DNA from: Mobula hypostoma
Lineage: Eukaryota
Reading direction: 5' to 3'
Length of the DNA stretch: 64,000 bases
Assembly: GCF_963921235.1 (NCBI RefSeq)
Contig: NC_086097.1
Coordinates: forward strand, 77,130,001 to 77,194,000
The notes under the pieces are model-generated. The model had not been told where the DNA came from. It made no database searches and saw only the letters and a list, made by a program, of their open reading frames with translations. The translations under genes and the position numbers were made by a program. This document shows positions 52,850 through 64,000 of the stretch, one piece after another (the first letter of the stretch is position 1; every line of letters begins with the position of its first letter).

Positions 52850-53945
52850 GAAAACCATAGGACATATGAGCAGAATTAAGCCACTTGGTCCATTGAGTCT
52901 GCTCTGCTACTCCATCATACTGATCTTTCCCTCTGAACCCCATTCTCCACCCACATAACCTTTGACACCTTTACTTATCAACAGCTGAGACAGATGGGGG
53001 AATGGACAAAGAAGTAGCAGATGGAATATAACGTAGGAAGTTCATTGTCATGCACTTTGGCAGAAGGAATAAAAGTGCGGACTGTTTTCTATATGGGGAG
53101 AAAATTCAAAAATCAGAGATGCAAAGGGACTTGGGAGTCCTCGTGCAGGATTTCCTAAAGGTTAACTTGAAGGTTGAGTCAGTGGTAAGGACTGCAAATG
53201 TAATGTTAACATTCATTTTTAAAGGACTAGAATACAAAAAGCAAAGATGTAATGCTGAAGCTTTATAAGGCAGTCGTCAGATGACACTTGCAGTATTGTG
53301 AATAGTTTTGGGCTCCTTATCTAAGATGATGTAATGGCATTGGAGAGAGAAGATCCCAGAAGTGAAAGGGTTAACATATGAAGAGTATTTGATAACTCTT
53401 TCCCTACACTCACCGAAGCTTAGACGGTGGGGGGGGGGGGGGCCCAGGAATCTCATTGCAACCTATCGAATACTTAAAAGTCTGGATAAAGTGGATGCAG
53501 AGAGAATGTTTCCTATAGTGGGCGAGTCCAGGTCCAGAGGGTACAGCCTCAGAATAAAAGGCACTGTCTATTTAGAGCACAGATGAAGAACAATTTCTTT
53601 AGCCAGAAGGTGATGAATCTGTGGCATTCATTGTCTCAGACAGCTGTACAGGCCAAGTCATTGGGTATATTTAAGGCAGAGGTTGATAGGTTCTTGATTA
53701 ATCAGTGTCAAAAGTTACGGGGAGAAGTCAGTACAGAGTTGAGACGGATAATGAATCAGAAATGATGGAATGGCATAGCACACTGGATGTGCCGAATGGC
53801 CTAATTCTGCTCCAATATTTTATGGTCTTCTCAACCTCCACTTTAAATATATCCAATGACTTGGTTGCCACAGTTGTTTGTGGCAATGAATTCAACTGAT
53901 TGACCAACTTCTTGCTACAAAAATTCCTCATCTTGTTCACTGTAA
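52850..53945. mobile_element. CR1 3' fragments in both orientations
   Basis: MHFGRRNK, QRDLGVLV, NLWHSL..VQAKSLGIFKAEVDRFL on plus; minus-strand CR1 ends on both flanks. Confidence 0.8.
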
Positions 53946-54772
53946 TACTCATACCTCCGATTTTAGTTTCTCCCTCTCAAATTGCAAAGTCAATTCTATT
54001 ACACTGATCCAGGCTCCATGTCCATGCTATTATCTACTTTACCATAGTGATAACAGCCACAAAAGTCATCAAGTTAGAAGTCAAAACAAAAACATACTCA
54101 AAATGTTTAGATGCTATGAACAGAAAATGCAATTTCTCGGGAGGATTGTCATATATGAGACAAGAGGTTTCTGTCATCTGCAATTAAATTTGTGAAATGT
54201 TGTACCTCTATTAAATGGGAGCAAAACAGAACCTTGTTATCAGGAGAACAAATTCCAAATCATTCAAAGTGGCTATTAATAATACTATAATGATCATACC
54301 AAAAGTCAGAGCCTTATGTCGATCTTGTATTATTTTATTTTGTGCACTTGGAAATATACTGTACATAGCTCAGAAACAGTTATCTTCAATATACTTTCAT
54401 GAATTTTTGACCTTCTTGTACAACAGAAAATGAACAAGGATCTGAAATATTTTTATATTACTTTCATTTCTTGCACAAACTTTATATGTATTAAAAATAC
54501 TTACCAAAAGTTGCAGTAAATAAACTAGGATATTAATGTTGCATTACATTTTAATTTAATTATAATAAATCTTCCAAATGTACTAGTCACTGCAAGCACA
54601 CAGAATTTTTGATGTTTCAAAATATACATAAACACCAAACCCTTGTCTTCAAGAAGTCATATGTTATTTCTCAGATTTTATTTTGCCTTGTGAACAGTTG
54701 AGTGTTCTACCAGTGATTTCTCTTCAGAGCACAGATAGACAGTGTATTAACCTCGAATTATGTTCCAAAGGA

Positions 54773-54919
54773 CTACCTCCTCTTTACTGCACCACTCTTC
54801 CCAGCCTTATTGCCACTTCCAGACTTAGATGATTTAGAAGAGAAGAGGCGAGTCATAAACTCTGAAACATCTGGTAACTCGTGATTTGGGTTCAGCATGT
54901 TCATGGACTGCTCCATCTC
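54773..54919 (-). CDS. EMC7: ER membrane protein complex subunit 7, last coding exon (upstream exons not found in window)
   Basis: Acceptor ttttctgtcctag|GAG; translates [48 protein letters not shown], recognisable as the vertebrate EMC7 C-terminus. Minus-strand AATAAA at 54677-54682 and 54334-54339. Confidence 0.93.
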   Translation of the reverse strand, partial: EMEQSMNMLNPNHELPDVSEFMTRLFSSKSSKSGSGNKAGKSGAVKRR

Positions 54920-55039
54920 CTAGGACAGAAAACAACCACATGCTGTTACAATGCTTCATAAAGTACATGCAAATAAATTCAATGACACTAAATAAAGCTT
55001 TTAGGAACACTGAATACAGAAGTCATTTGAGTTTGACCC

Positions 55040-55405
55040 AGCAACACGCACACACCCGTCTCAGTGTATCAACGTAAACACTGACCTCTGGCAACAAACA
55101 GAAGCCAGAACCCCACCATACAATATAGTGCAAGACCCCACAGAAATGTTGCCAGACGGGGCACTGCTTGACAGACAGAAGTGGTGCACTCTCAACAGAG
55201 CGAGAGTGGGAGTTTGTAGGACGGGAGACAATATGGTGAAGTGGAGTTTAAAGACCAGCGAATCCTGTGAGTGTGGTGAAAGGGTGCAAAACATGTTCTT
55301 CGCAACTGCCCACTCTCACCTGATTTAGCTGACATTGACCTGCTCAACATCAACCAAACAACACTAGAGTGGTTGGCTGTCTGATGCGACAAGCTATGAT
55401 GATGA
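55040..55405 (+). mobile_element. Ingi/Vingi-like LINE 3' end
   Basis: WCTLNRARVGVCRTG...CECGE..Q..HVLRNCP; (tga)n tail. Confidence 0.6.
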
Positions 55406-55759
55406 ACATAAACATTGTGAAATACTGAGACACTTTCAGAGACAAATCCGAAATTAACAAAAAAGATTCCAAACACTACCATGCAGTTTAGAGAAACAAA
55501 TATTCTTTTACTTTTATTTGTTCTTATAAAATAATGCCTCATTTTTGACATTACATAGAACAGCAACCATTCTGATTTAACAAGGAAAGACAGGCTGGAT
55601 TAAACAAAACAATACAGATTAAGTTACAGTCACAGGAAATAAAATACTTATTCATGCTTCAAGTAATAGTTGGTGGTTCAAAACATTTGAAATCGATAAA
55701 ATTGAATATACAAATTAAAGCCAATTAAGCAATCTTAAACACTCAGCATTTAACAACCA

Positions 55760-56215
55760 AATTCCAGAAAGCTGAAGGTGGCTAATGTTGTGCTTTTATT
55801 TAAGAAAGGCTGCAGACCTTTGAACTACAGACCAGTAACCTAATATTGCTGGTGGGCAAGTTATTTGAGGGCATTCTGAGAGACAAGATCTACATGCACC
55901 ATGAAAGAAAAAGGACTGATTAATAACGATCAGCATTGTTTTTTGTGGGAAATTTGACACATTGACACATGAATTTGACTGAATTGTTTTGAAGAGGTGA
56001 CCATATCGACAGATGACAACAGTAATGCATTAGACAACGTCTGCATGGACCTTAGCAAAGCTTTTGACAAGGTTCCACATGGTAGACTGGTCTATAAGGT
56101 TAGATCACATGGACTTGAAGGCAACCTGGCCAATTGCTTACAAAATTGACTTGATGCTGGGAGACAGAGGATGGTGGTTGAGGGCTATTTTCCAGACTGG
56201 AGGTCTGTGACCATT
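55760..56215 (+). mobile_element. CR1 RT fragment
   Basis: NYRPV, MDLSKAFDKVPH. Confidence 0.75.
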
Positions 56216-56229
56216 TGTGTACTTGCAAA

Positions 56230-58950
56230 CAGCATCAGATCTAATATCACTGGCATACATCATGAAATTTATTTTGTGGCAGCAATGCATACTTTAAAAA
56301 ACTATAAAGTACAGTATCTATATTAAAAAATTAAAGTAGTGCAAAAAGGGAGGGAAAAAATGTGGTGTTCATGGGCTTACCGTCCATTCAGAAATCTGAT
56401 GGCAAAGGGGAAGAAGCTGTTCCTGAAATGTTGAGTGTGTGGTTTCAGGCTCCTGTACCTCTTCCATGATAGTAGCAATGAGAAAAGGGCATATCCTGGG
56501 TGATGGATGCCCTTAATGACAGATGCTGCCTTATTGAGGCTTCACCATTTGAAGGTGCCTTCATTTGAAGCTGGCTAAGTTTACAACTTTCCTTGGCTTG
56601 ATCCTATGCAGAGGCCAATCCATACCAGTTAGAAGGCTCTCCACATTACATCAATAGAAAATTGCCAGTGTCAATGGTGACATACGAAGTCTCCTCAAAT
56701 TCATAATGAAATATAGCCACTGTTGTCATCAATATACTGGGACCAAGATAGATCATCAGAGTTGTTAACGCCCCCGTCAACTTACCCTTCCTGAAGTTCA
56801 CAATCAATTCTTTGGTCTTACTAATGTTAAGTGCAAAGTTGTTACACCACCACTCAATCAACTGATCTCTCACTCATATATGCCTCCTTATCACCATCTG
56901 AAATTTTGCCAACAATAGTGTTATTGGCAAATTTATTGATGGCATTGGAGCTGTGCCTGGCCAGAGTCATGAGTGTAGAGTGAGTAGAGCAGTGAGCAAA
57001 GTACACATCCTTGAGGTGCAACAGTGTTGATTGTCAGCAAGATGTTATTTCCAATTCGCACTGACGATGGTCTTCCAGTAAGGAAGTCAAGGATCCAGAT
57101 GCAGAGGGAGGTACAGAGGCCCAAGTTTTGGAGCTTGTCAACTTGAGCTGAGGATATGATTGTGTTGAATGCTGAGCTGTAATCAGTAAACAGCAGCATG
57201 ACATAGGTATTACTGTTGTCCAGGTGATCCAAAGCAAAGTGGAAGGCAGTGACAATGCATCTGCTGTAGACCTATTGTGGCGATAGGCAAACTGGAGGTC
57301 CAGGCTGCTTTTTTTAGGCAGGAGTTGATTCTTGCTATGACCAACCTCTCAAAACATTTCATCACAGTAGATAGGAGTGCCACCGGGTGATAGTCAATAA
57401 GGCAGCACACCCTGCTCTTCTTGGGCACTGGTATGATTGTCACTGTTTTGAATTGGGTGGGAACCTCCCAATGCAGCAGTGATAAGATTGAAGATGTCCT
57501 TGAACACTCCTGCCAGTTGGTTGGCACAGGGGTTGAAGGTGTACAGGGCCAAGGTTCACCCTCATGAAAAATGATCTGATATTGGCTTCTGCGACAGTGA
57601 TAGCAGGGTCACCACATGAGCAGGGATTTGCACAGGTGTAATTTTATTCTCTTTCAAAGTGTGCATTAAAGGCATTGAGCTCATCTGGGAGTGAAGCATC
57701 ACAGGCATTCATGATGTTCGGTCTCGTTTTGTATGAAGTAATGGCCTGCAAACCCTGCCAGAGCTGATGTTCATCCGATTCCATCTCTAACCTCTAGCAA
57801 AATTGTTTTTTTTGCTCATAAAATAGCCTTCTGTAAGCCATACATGCACTTCTTGTATATCTCTGGATCACCTAGCTTGAATGCCACAGATCTAGGCCTC
57901 AGAAGACTATGAATCCCTGGCTCGTCCACGGCTTTTGGTTTGGGCATGTCTGGCATGTTCTTGACGGCGCACACACACATCCACACAGGTCTTAATGAAG
58001 TCAGTGACAACTGTGGCATATTCATTTAGATTCAAACATGAATCCTTGTCTCAAAGCAGTCCTGTAAGCTTTCCTGTCTCCCTTGACCATACTTTCTTGG
58101 TCCTCATCGTTGGCGCGGCAGTCTTTTGTTTCTGCATATACGCTGCGAGTAGAAGTCCAGCCAGGTGATCGGACTTTCCAAAGTGTGGGTTTGGGATGGC
58201 ATGATAAGTGCTCTTGATTGTGGTATAACAGGGTCAAGTGTATTGGCTCCTCTGGTTCCACAGGTGATATGTTGGTGGCATTTGTTCAGAGACTTCTTCA
58301 AGCTGACCTGGTTGAAATCCCCCACATTGATAGGGAAGGCATCCGGGTGCATTATTTCATGCCTGCTGGTTACGGGGCTTAGCTCCTCCAGTGCTTGCCT
58401 GACGCTTACCTGAGGTGGAATGTACACCGCTACCAGGATGATGGTAGAAAATTCCCTTGACAGATGAAAAGGACATTTGACTACAGGATGTTCCTGGGTG
58501 GGTGAGCAGGACCAAGACAGAACCGCCACATCTGTGCACCATGATGAGTTAATCATAAAGCATACTCCACCTCCTCTGCCTTTGCAGAAAATGGTGAAGC
58601 CATCGATCTGCAGTACTGCATCTGACATGGCGGGGGATAGCCATGCTTCCATCAAGCAAAGTACACAGGCGTCCCTGACGTTTGCAATCTTGCTCTGAGG
58701 TTTTCAATTTTTTTCCCCAGAAGCCTGTAGGATCTCCAAATAGGATAGTTGGGACTGGGGGGGGGGGGGGGTCTAAAGTCTCTGTATTTCAATCGTACCT
58801 GTAGACTAGCTTGGCTTCCGCACTTCCATTTTCTTAAATGGGAACTGCAGTCTGCCATCTATTGATCTTGAGTACTGATAGATTTTTTGTTAATATTTTA
58901 AAACAATGTTGCCTACTGAAATACCCATGAGTGTGGTTATAGGCTCAGCT
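56230..58950 (-). mobile_element. Near full-length Rex1/Babar LINE (decayed)
   Basis: [58 protein letters not shown]. Confidence 0.88.
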
Positions 58951-59668
58951 GTGGTAGACCTGATTGGGGATTCTTGATGATTCCCATGAAAGTTGCAAAT
59001 GAAAAGAGTGGCCGATTATCAGCGCGATCTTGATGTGCTGTGTCCATTGTTGTCATTTTTATTAATGATTGGGATGAGACTTCAGGTTGTGGGATCAGTA
59101 AGTTTGCAGAGGATACTAAAATTGGTGTATAGAAGACATTTCATTAAAAATGAGGATACAGCCAGATAAAGTAGTGAAGAATGTATTCATTGATCGGAAT
59201 ATTGAAGTTGGGATGTAGTGCTAAGCTGTACAAAATATTAGTAAGACATTTGCAGAACTGTGTACAGTTCTGGTCACCTATTACTGGAAGATGCCATTAG
59301 ACTGAAAGGATGGAAAAAAGACAAGAATGCTACTGGGACTGGAGGGTTTGAGTTACAAGGACAGGCTGGAAAGGTTCTTACTTTTTCTTCCTGGAGCATA
59401 GGAGCCCAAGTGGAGACTTTATATAACTTTGTAAAATTATCAGGGGCATAGATATTATGCATAGTCACAGGGAAAGGGAGTCCATAGCTAGATGTTTTAG
59501 GCTCAAAGTGAGCAGAAGACTGAAAAGGGACCCGAGGGGCAACTTTTTTCACAGAGAGTGACCTATACATAGAACTAGCTGCCAGAGGAAGTAACAGGGA
59601 GAGGTTTAGAAGGATGTGGCCTGGATGAAGAAGTGGTGGGATGGGTTATTCCTTCAGCGGTTTGATTG

Positions 59669-62600
59669 GGGCACGACTGCGCAAGCGCATGGATGTCAGC
59701 CAGTTAGAACAGCGAGAAGAGTTTAAAAGGAGACAGTTTTATAAAGTGGGCAACAGAGTAGAGGGAAACAGAGTAGGAGGGCTTTGGCTTAATGGGGCTT
59801 CAGCGATAACGAGTTGAAGCAAAGTAGGTTGCCTGTGTAGAATACATACAGGAAGAATGTGTGTGAGGCCGGTGTTCTGTGCTTGGGTGTGAGATGTGGA
59901 AAGTCTTGGAGACTCCCAGCCTCCCGGATGGCCACATCTGCGCCAGGTGCATCGAGCTGCAGCTCCTTAAGGACCATGTTAGGGAACTGGAGATACAGCT
60001 CGATGACCTTTGTCTGGTCAGGGAAAAATGAGGTGACAGATCAGAGCTATAGGCAGGTAGTCACACCGGGGCCTGGGGAGACAGATAAGTGGGTAACAGC
60101 AAGGAGAGGGAAGGGCAGGAGTCAGAGGCTAGAGAGCACCCCTGTGGCTGTACCCCTTGACAATAAGTACTCCTGTTTGAGTACTGTTGGGGGAATGGCC
60201 TACCAGGGGGAAGCAATTGTGGCCGTGCCTCTGACACAGAGTCTGGCCCTGTGGCTCAGAAGGGTAGGGAAAGGAAGAGGATGGCAGCAGTGATAGGGGA
60301 CTCTACAGTAAGGGGGTCAGACAGGCGATTCTGTGGATGCAGGAAAGAAGCATGGATGGTAGTTTGCCTCCTAGGTGCCAGGGTCCAGGATGTTTCTGAT
60401 CACGTCCATGATATCCTGAAGTGAGAAAGAGAACAGCCAGAGGTCGTGGTACATATTGGTACCAATGACATAGGCAGGTAAAGGGAGGAGGTCCTGAAAG
60501 TAGACTAAAGGGAGTTAGGAAGGAAGTTGAGAAGCAGGACCACAAAGGTAATCATCTTGGGATTACTGCCTGTGCCATGTGACAGTGAGTATAAGAATAG
60601 AATGAGGTGGAGGATAAATGCCTGGCTGAGGGATTGGAGCGGGGGCAGGGATTCAGATTTCTGGATCATTAGGACATCTTTTGGGCAAGGAGTGACCTGT
60701 ACAAAAAGGATGGGTTGCACATGAATCCCAGGGGGACCAATATACTGGCGGGAAGGTTTGCTAAGGTTATTCATCATCATCAGGTGCCGTGCCCAGTTTG
60801 AGCTTTGACTGCCATAGCCCACACACTCCTGTTTCAAGTCAAGTGGATCAATTCATTGGTATTCATTTCCAGTTCTCTGGCTGCTGTCTCCATCATCATT
60901 TGTCTTTGTCTTCCTCTTGCTTTCTTCCCTTCAACCTATCCCATAATTACCGTGCATTCTAACGCCTCTTTCCTAATCACATGTCCAATGAAGATACGTT
61001 GCCTTTTCATGATCTCATACATTATTTCTCTTTTTGTGTTTGCTCTGTTCATGACATCCTCGTTAGATATTCGTTTCGTCCATGATATTCTTTGCACCCT
61101 CCTCAAGAACCACATCTCTGCTGCTTCAATTCGTTTCCTCATGTTACTAGATATTGTCCAGCATTCTGAGCCATATAACATAACTGGATAAACGTAACAT
61201 TTCAGTACTCTGAGGTGGGTTGTCATGCCTAGTTTAGTATTGGTCAGTATACTCTTCATTCTTGTAAAGGTGTCTTTTGCCATCCCTATTCTTCTTTTGA
61301 TGTCCATGTCGCACCTGCCATCTGATCTCACTCAGCTTCCTAAGTAGCAAAAGTTCTGAACTTGTTTTATGTCTTCCCCATTTATTCTCAGCCTGTAGAC
61401 AGGATTCACCTTCTTTTTGGTATCACCATACATTCTGTCTTTTTGCAATTGATAGATAGACCCATTTTTTCACTTTCTTCAAGAGCTATAACAATTCAGT
61501 TTTGTAGTTCTTCCTTCGTACTTGCAGTTGACAGTGTCATCTGCATATCAGAAATTATTGATGTTTTCACTGCCAACTTTGATTCCCAAGATGTCTCTTA
61601 TTTTTTGTATTGTTTCACTGTACACTTAAATAAATCAGGGAGAAAACACACCCTTGTCTAACGCCTCTCTTGATTTTCGTAAACTGACTCACTTCTCCAT
61701 CTATTCTTACAGCGGCAGTACAGATTTCTGATTTGGTGGAGGTCTTTCAAATCTAGATCCAGTTTTCTGTAATATTTCAAATAACTTATTGTGCTTCACT
61801 TTATCAAATGCTTGTGTAGTCAATTAAACAAACAAATCTTTTTGCACTTGAATAGCTCATTCTGATAGTATCCTTAACATCAATATTGCGTTTCTTATAC
61901 TTTTGTCTTTACAAAACCACATTGTTCTTTACCCATTTCAGCTTGTATCTTACTTTTAGCTCTTGTTACCAAAATTCTTAGAAGTATCTTGATGATATGA
62001 CTCATTAAACATATGGTCTTATATAATTCACATTCTATCGCTCCAGGTTTCTTAGGAAGAGTGATAAATACTGATTTTTTTGTCTCTTCTGGTATTATTC
62101 CAGTCTCATAAATGTCACTGATTAAATAAGTTTTTCTTCAAGGGTGATAATTTGTTCTACTACTAATTCAATAGCTAAGGCTATTGGGAGAGTTTAAACT
62201 AGGATTGCTGGGGGGTGGGAACCAAACTGATGAGACAGACGAAGAGGTAGTTGGCTCACAAATAGAGAAAGATTGGAGACAGTGCGAGAGGAAGGATAGG
62301 CAGGTGATAGAGAAGGGACTCGCTCAAACTGATGGTTTGAAATATGTCTATTTTAATGCAAGGAGTATTATGAACAAAGCAGATGAGCTTAGAACGTGGA
62401 TCAGTACTTGGAGCTATGATGTTGTGGTCATTACAGAGACTTGGATGGCTCAGGGGAAGAAATGGTTACTTAGAGTGCCAGGCTTTATATGTATCAAAAA
62501 GGACAGGGAGAGAGGCAAAAGAGGTGGGGACATGGCACTGTTTATCAGAGATAGTGTCACAGCTGCAGAAAAGGAGGAAGATATGGAGGGATTGTCCACG

Positions 62601-64000
62601 GAGTCTCTGTGGGTGGAAGTTAGGAAAAGGAAGGGGTCAATAACTCTACTGGGTGTTTTTTTTATAGACCACCCAATAGTAACAGGGACATCAAGGAGCA
62701 GATGAGACAGATTCTGGAAAGGTGTAATAACAGGGTTGTCATGGTGGGAGACTTTAATTTCCCAGATATCGATTGGCATGTCACTAGAGCAAGGGGTTTG
62801 GATAGGGTGGAGTTTGTCAGGTGCGTTCAAGAAGGTTTCTTGACACAATATATAGATAAGCCTACAAGAGGAGAGGCTGTACTTGATACGGTATTGGGAA
62901 ATAAACCTGGTCAGGTGTCAGGTCTCTCAGTGGGAGAGCATTTTGGAGATAGTGATCACAATTCTATCTTCTTTACCATAGCATTGGAGAGGAATAAGAA
63001 CAGACAAGTGAAGAAAGTGTTTAATTGGAGCAAGGGGAAATATGAGGCTCAGGCAGGAACTTGGAAGCGTAAATTGAGAACAGATGCTCTCAGGGAAATG
63101 TAAGGAAGAAATGCGGTAAAAGTTCAGGGGATATTTGCGTGGAGTTCTGCAAAGGTACGTTCCAATGAGACAGGGAAAGGATGGTAGGGTACAGGAACTG
63201 TGGTGTAAAAGGGCTGTTGTAAAAAGAAGAAGAGCTTACGAAAGGCTCAAAAAACTAGGTAATGATAGAGACCTAGGAGATTATAAGGCTAGCAGGAAGA
63301 AGCTTAAGAAAGAAATTAGGACGGCCAGAAGGGGCCATGAGAAGACCTTGGCGGACAGGATTAAGGAAAACCCCAACGCATTCTACAAGTATGTGAAGAG
63401 CAAGAGGATAAGGCGCAAGAGAATAGGACCAATCAAGTATGACAGTGGAAAAGTGTGTATGGAACCGGAGGAGACAGCAGAAGTACTTAATGAATACCTT
63501 GCTTCTGTATTCACTACAGAAAAGGATCTTGGTGACTGTCGCGATGACTTACAGCGGACTGAAAAGCTTGAGCATGTAGATATTAAGAAAGAGGATGCGC
63601 TTGAGCTTTTGGAAAGCATCAATTTGGATAAGTCACCGGGACAGGACGAGATGTACCCGAGGTTACTGTGGGAGGCGAGGGAAGAGGTTGCTGAGCCTCT
63701 GGCGATGATCTTTGCACCCTCAATGGGGACAGGAGAGGTTCCGGAGGATTGGAGGGTTGCAGATGTTGTTCCATTATTCAAGAAAAGGAGTAGAGACAGC
63801 CCACAAAATTATAGACCAGTGAGTCTTACTTCAGTGGTTGGTAAGTTGATGAAGCAGATTGCGAGAGGCAGGATTTATGAACATCTGGAGAGGTATAATA
63901 TGATTAGGAATAGTCAACATGGCTTTGTCAAGGGCAGGTCGTGGCTTACGAGCCTGATTGAATTTTTTGAGGATGTGACTAAACACATTGATGAAGGTAG
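59669..64000 (+). mobile_element. CR1 LINE from 5' end (same family as 11608-15967), runs off window
   Basis: Collinear ORF1/ORF2 sequence with the 11608 copy. Confidence 0.93.
60772..62173 (-). mobile_element. RTE-clade LINE, 5'-truncated, nested in CR1
   Basis: IKRRIGMAK, LYGSECW, IEAAEMWFLRR; (tga)n tail; 12-bp TSD gctaagg(t/c)tatt (60760-60771, 62174-62185). Confidence 0.9.

Noticed and set aside
55000..64000. Penultimate EMC7 exon
   Set aside because: The expected MMVLPLL..LLPKVVN peptide was not found by eye; probably beyond the window.

Overview
Repeat-rich vertebrate genomic DNA. The CR1/Rex1/Penelope-dominated repeat landscape suggests a cartilaginous fish (inference). Three host genes are supported: the single coding exon of muscarinic receptor CHRM5 (+, 32063-33598); a two-coding-exon gene (-, 38889-38730 / 38382-37688) for a 284-aa signal-peptide + fibrinogen C-terminal domain protein ending in RDEL; and the last coding exon of EMC7 (-, 54919-54773), which the ORF track misses. 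The rest is layered mobile DNA: CR1, Rex1/Babar, L1, Tx1, RTE, R4-like and Ingi-like LINEs, hAT and Tc1 remnants, SINEs, a Gypsy-type solo LTR, a complete two-LTR Copia element, a fragmented class-I-like endogenous retrovirus, and short Penelope-derived fold-back insertions carrying minimal hammerhead ribozyme motifs. All family calls come from motif recognition by eye; no database search was run, and repeat boundaries without a stated TSD are approximate.
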